DNA from: Octopus bimaculoides
Lineage: Eukaryota
Length of the DNA stretch: 64,000 bases
Direction: 5' to 3'
NCBI RefSeq assembly: GCF_001194135.2
Contig: NC_068986.1
Location: 99,413,711 to 99,477,710, forward strand
The translations under genes were made by a program, and so were the position numbers. Below the pieces are notes generated by a model. It was given only the letters and a program-made list of their open reading frames with translations, had not been told where the DNA came from and did not search any database. Below are positions 61,886 to 64,000 of the stretch, one piece after another (positions within the stretch are counted from its first letter, which is position 1; every line of letters starts with the position of its first letter).

Positions 61886-62577
61886 ACTATTGTCTGATAG
61901 TGATTTTGAAGATGGCATGAAGAAAACAAATTCCCATCCCCTCAAAACTGTTTGAGATTTTAAAGATTTATGGTTAGCTGTATATCACTGGTAAGGTTAT
62001 GATTTATCTGTCTCACCCCTCAGTACCGTTTTTGGATCATCACAATGGATTTTGTCTGAAGAATTAAAGACATTATACAATGAAAGTCTTAAAGACTATA
62101 TAGTTTCTTGACTTGCGAGACACAGCAAGAGAATCACCCTCAAAATACACGGTGATATCTTTAGAAACATAAAAGGAAAAACCAAACAAACAAACAAACG
62201 TTGGATTATGTAAAGCTCTTGTATTGAAAAAATACTCTATTACTAAAGAAAATAAGTACGTGATGTCGATAGCTGTAAAGTCTTTGAATGATGGTTCTCC
62301 ATTGTCAGAGATGCATGGTTCTAACAAATAACAAATGAGAATATGAAAGTATAAAAGAATTAAAGAAACGGGTCAAGCCTTGATTCGGCTGCAGCTTAGC
62401 AACCACTCAAACAGCTCAGACCACTTAGAAGAAATTATATAGCAATTAAACGACCGAGTATTATTAACCAATTTATTCAGTCGATTCAATAAACGAGAAA
62501 GTCCAAACTTTGGATGGGTTGGTTAAACTACATACATACATACAGACACATATACATACATACATAGGGTCATACAT

Positions 62578-62625
<48 letters not shown>

Positions 62626-63294
62626 TTATATATATATATATATATATGCATATATAATGCATATATGTGTATATATGGAAATATATAATGTATACTTATA
62701 TGCATACACACACACACACATTATATATATATGTGTGTGTGTGTGTTTGTATTCACATTACATATGGGTCACATATGTATACATTGCATATGAGTTACAA
62801 ATATATATTTATACATAAGTATATATCATTTAATGTATATATATATATATATATGATCGTATATATACACCAGTACACACACGCACACACACACACATTA
62901 TATATATGTATAATACATTATATATATATATATATATNNNNNNNNNNNNNNNNNNNNNNNNNNNNNNNNNNNNNNNNNNNNNNNNNNNNNNNNNNNNNNN
63001 NNNNNNNNNNNNNNNNNNNNNNNNNNNNNNNNNNNNNNNNNNNNNNNNNNNNNNNNNNNNNNNNNNNNNNNNNNNNNNNNNNNNNNNNNNNNNNNNNNNN
63101 NNNNNNNNNNNNNNNNNNNNNNNNNNNNNNNNNNNNNNNNNNNNNNNNNNNNNNNNNNNNNNNNNNNNNNNNNNNNNNNNNNNNNNNNNNNNNNNNNNNN
63201 NNNNNNNNNNNNNNNNNNNNNNNNNNNNNNNNNNNNNNNNNNNNNNNNNNNNNNNNNNNNNNNNNNNNNNNNNNNNNNNNNNNNNNNNNNTATA

Positions 63295-63335
<41 letters not shown>

Positions 63336-63944
63336 GCAAAAAAGTGAAGAGTAAATGTTATACAAAAGCATAAAACAAAAGTAAATGAAATGAAAAGAAA
63401 ACAACAATAATCATCAAAAAATATACAAAAAAACAAAAGACACACAATAATTTTATTGTAAACAACAACAACTACGGCTACAATAACAACAATAAGAACA
63501 ACACCTAAAATGGCTACAACAACAAACAATTAATTTTCGTTGATAATTTAATCTCATTGATACTATTTCTCGATTGATCGACAAAAAATACATTGTTTCT
63601 CGAACGTTGATTACTATATATTGATTTCTTTTACAGCAGGGAAGGAGATACCCTGTACACACACTTACATACCCATACACGTCTGTACACAAGCATACAT
63701 ACATTCATACGCATACATTCATACGTACATACATGCCTGTATACTTACACACACACACGCACGCAAATGTATGTACATACATACATATATATATATAATT
63801 CTACATATGTATGTGCATATATATGTGTGTGTGTGCGTGCGTAATGTATGTATGTAAATTTATATACAGTTTGTAGGGATATGTATATGATGTAAATAAA
63901 TAAGCAGATACATACATACACACACACACACATATGTATATATA

Positions 63945-64000
<56 letters not shown>

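Noticed and set aside
2337-63933. Numerous long ORFs of CV/HT/YI/MYVC/ER repeats or poly-X
   Set aside because: They are translations of microsatellites and N-gaps, not genes.

Overview
Eukaryotic, AT-rich scaffold dominated by repeats and broken by about 17 N-gaps, most of which abut microsatellites. The SINE repertoire, (TA/TG/TATG/TATC)n load and TTAGGG-type repeat strongly suggest an octopus (coleoid) genome; this is inferred from pattern recognition, not a search. I could not identify any host protein-coding exon, rRNA, true tRNA or CRISPR array, so the window looks intergenic or intronic. It holds an internally deleted mariner, two DD37D/maT-type Tc1/mariner remnants, Penelope-like (PLE) RT and GIY-YIG fragments including a long PLE at ~58.6-61.0 kb, a HERO-clade LINE, CR1-, Tx1/L1- and R4/Dong-like LINE pieces, a non-autonomous Helitron carrying a degenerate telomere-like array, a Helentron-type HINE, and more than 30 tRNA-derived SINE copies with mix-and-match heads and tails. 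The most interesting signals are: (1) four PLE-type minimal hammerhead ribozyme motifs, one upstream of the long PLE ORF with an apparent A3-U8 compensatory core variant; (2) an isolated 50-bp near-perfect inverted repeat at 26.9-27.1 kb; (3) a templated local duplication inside a SINE tail; (4) the telomere-repeat-bearing Helitron. SINE labels A-F are my local labels. Boundaries of decayed elements are approximate.
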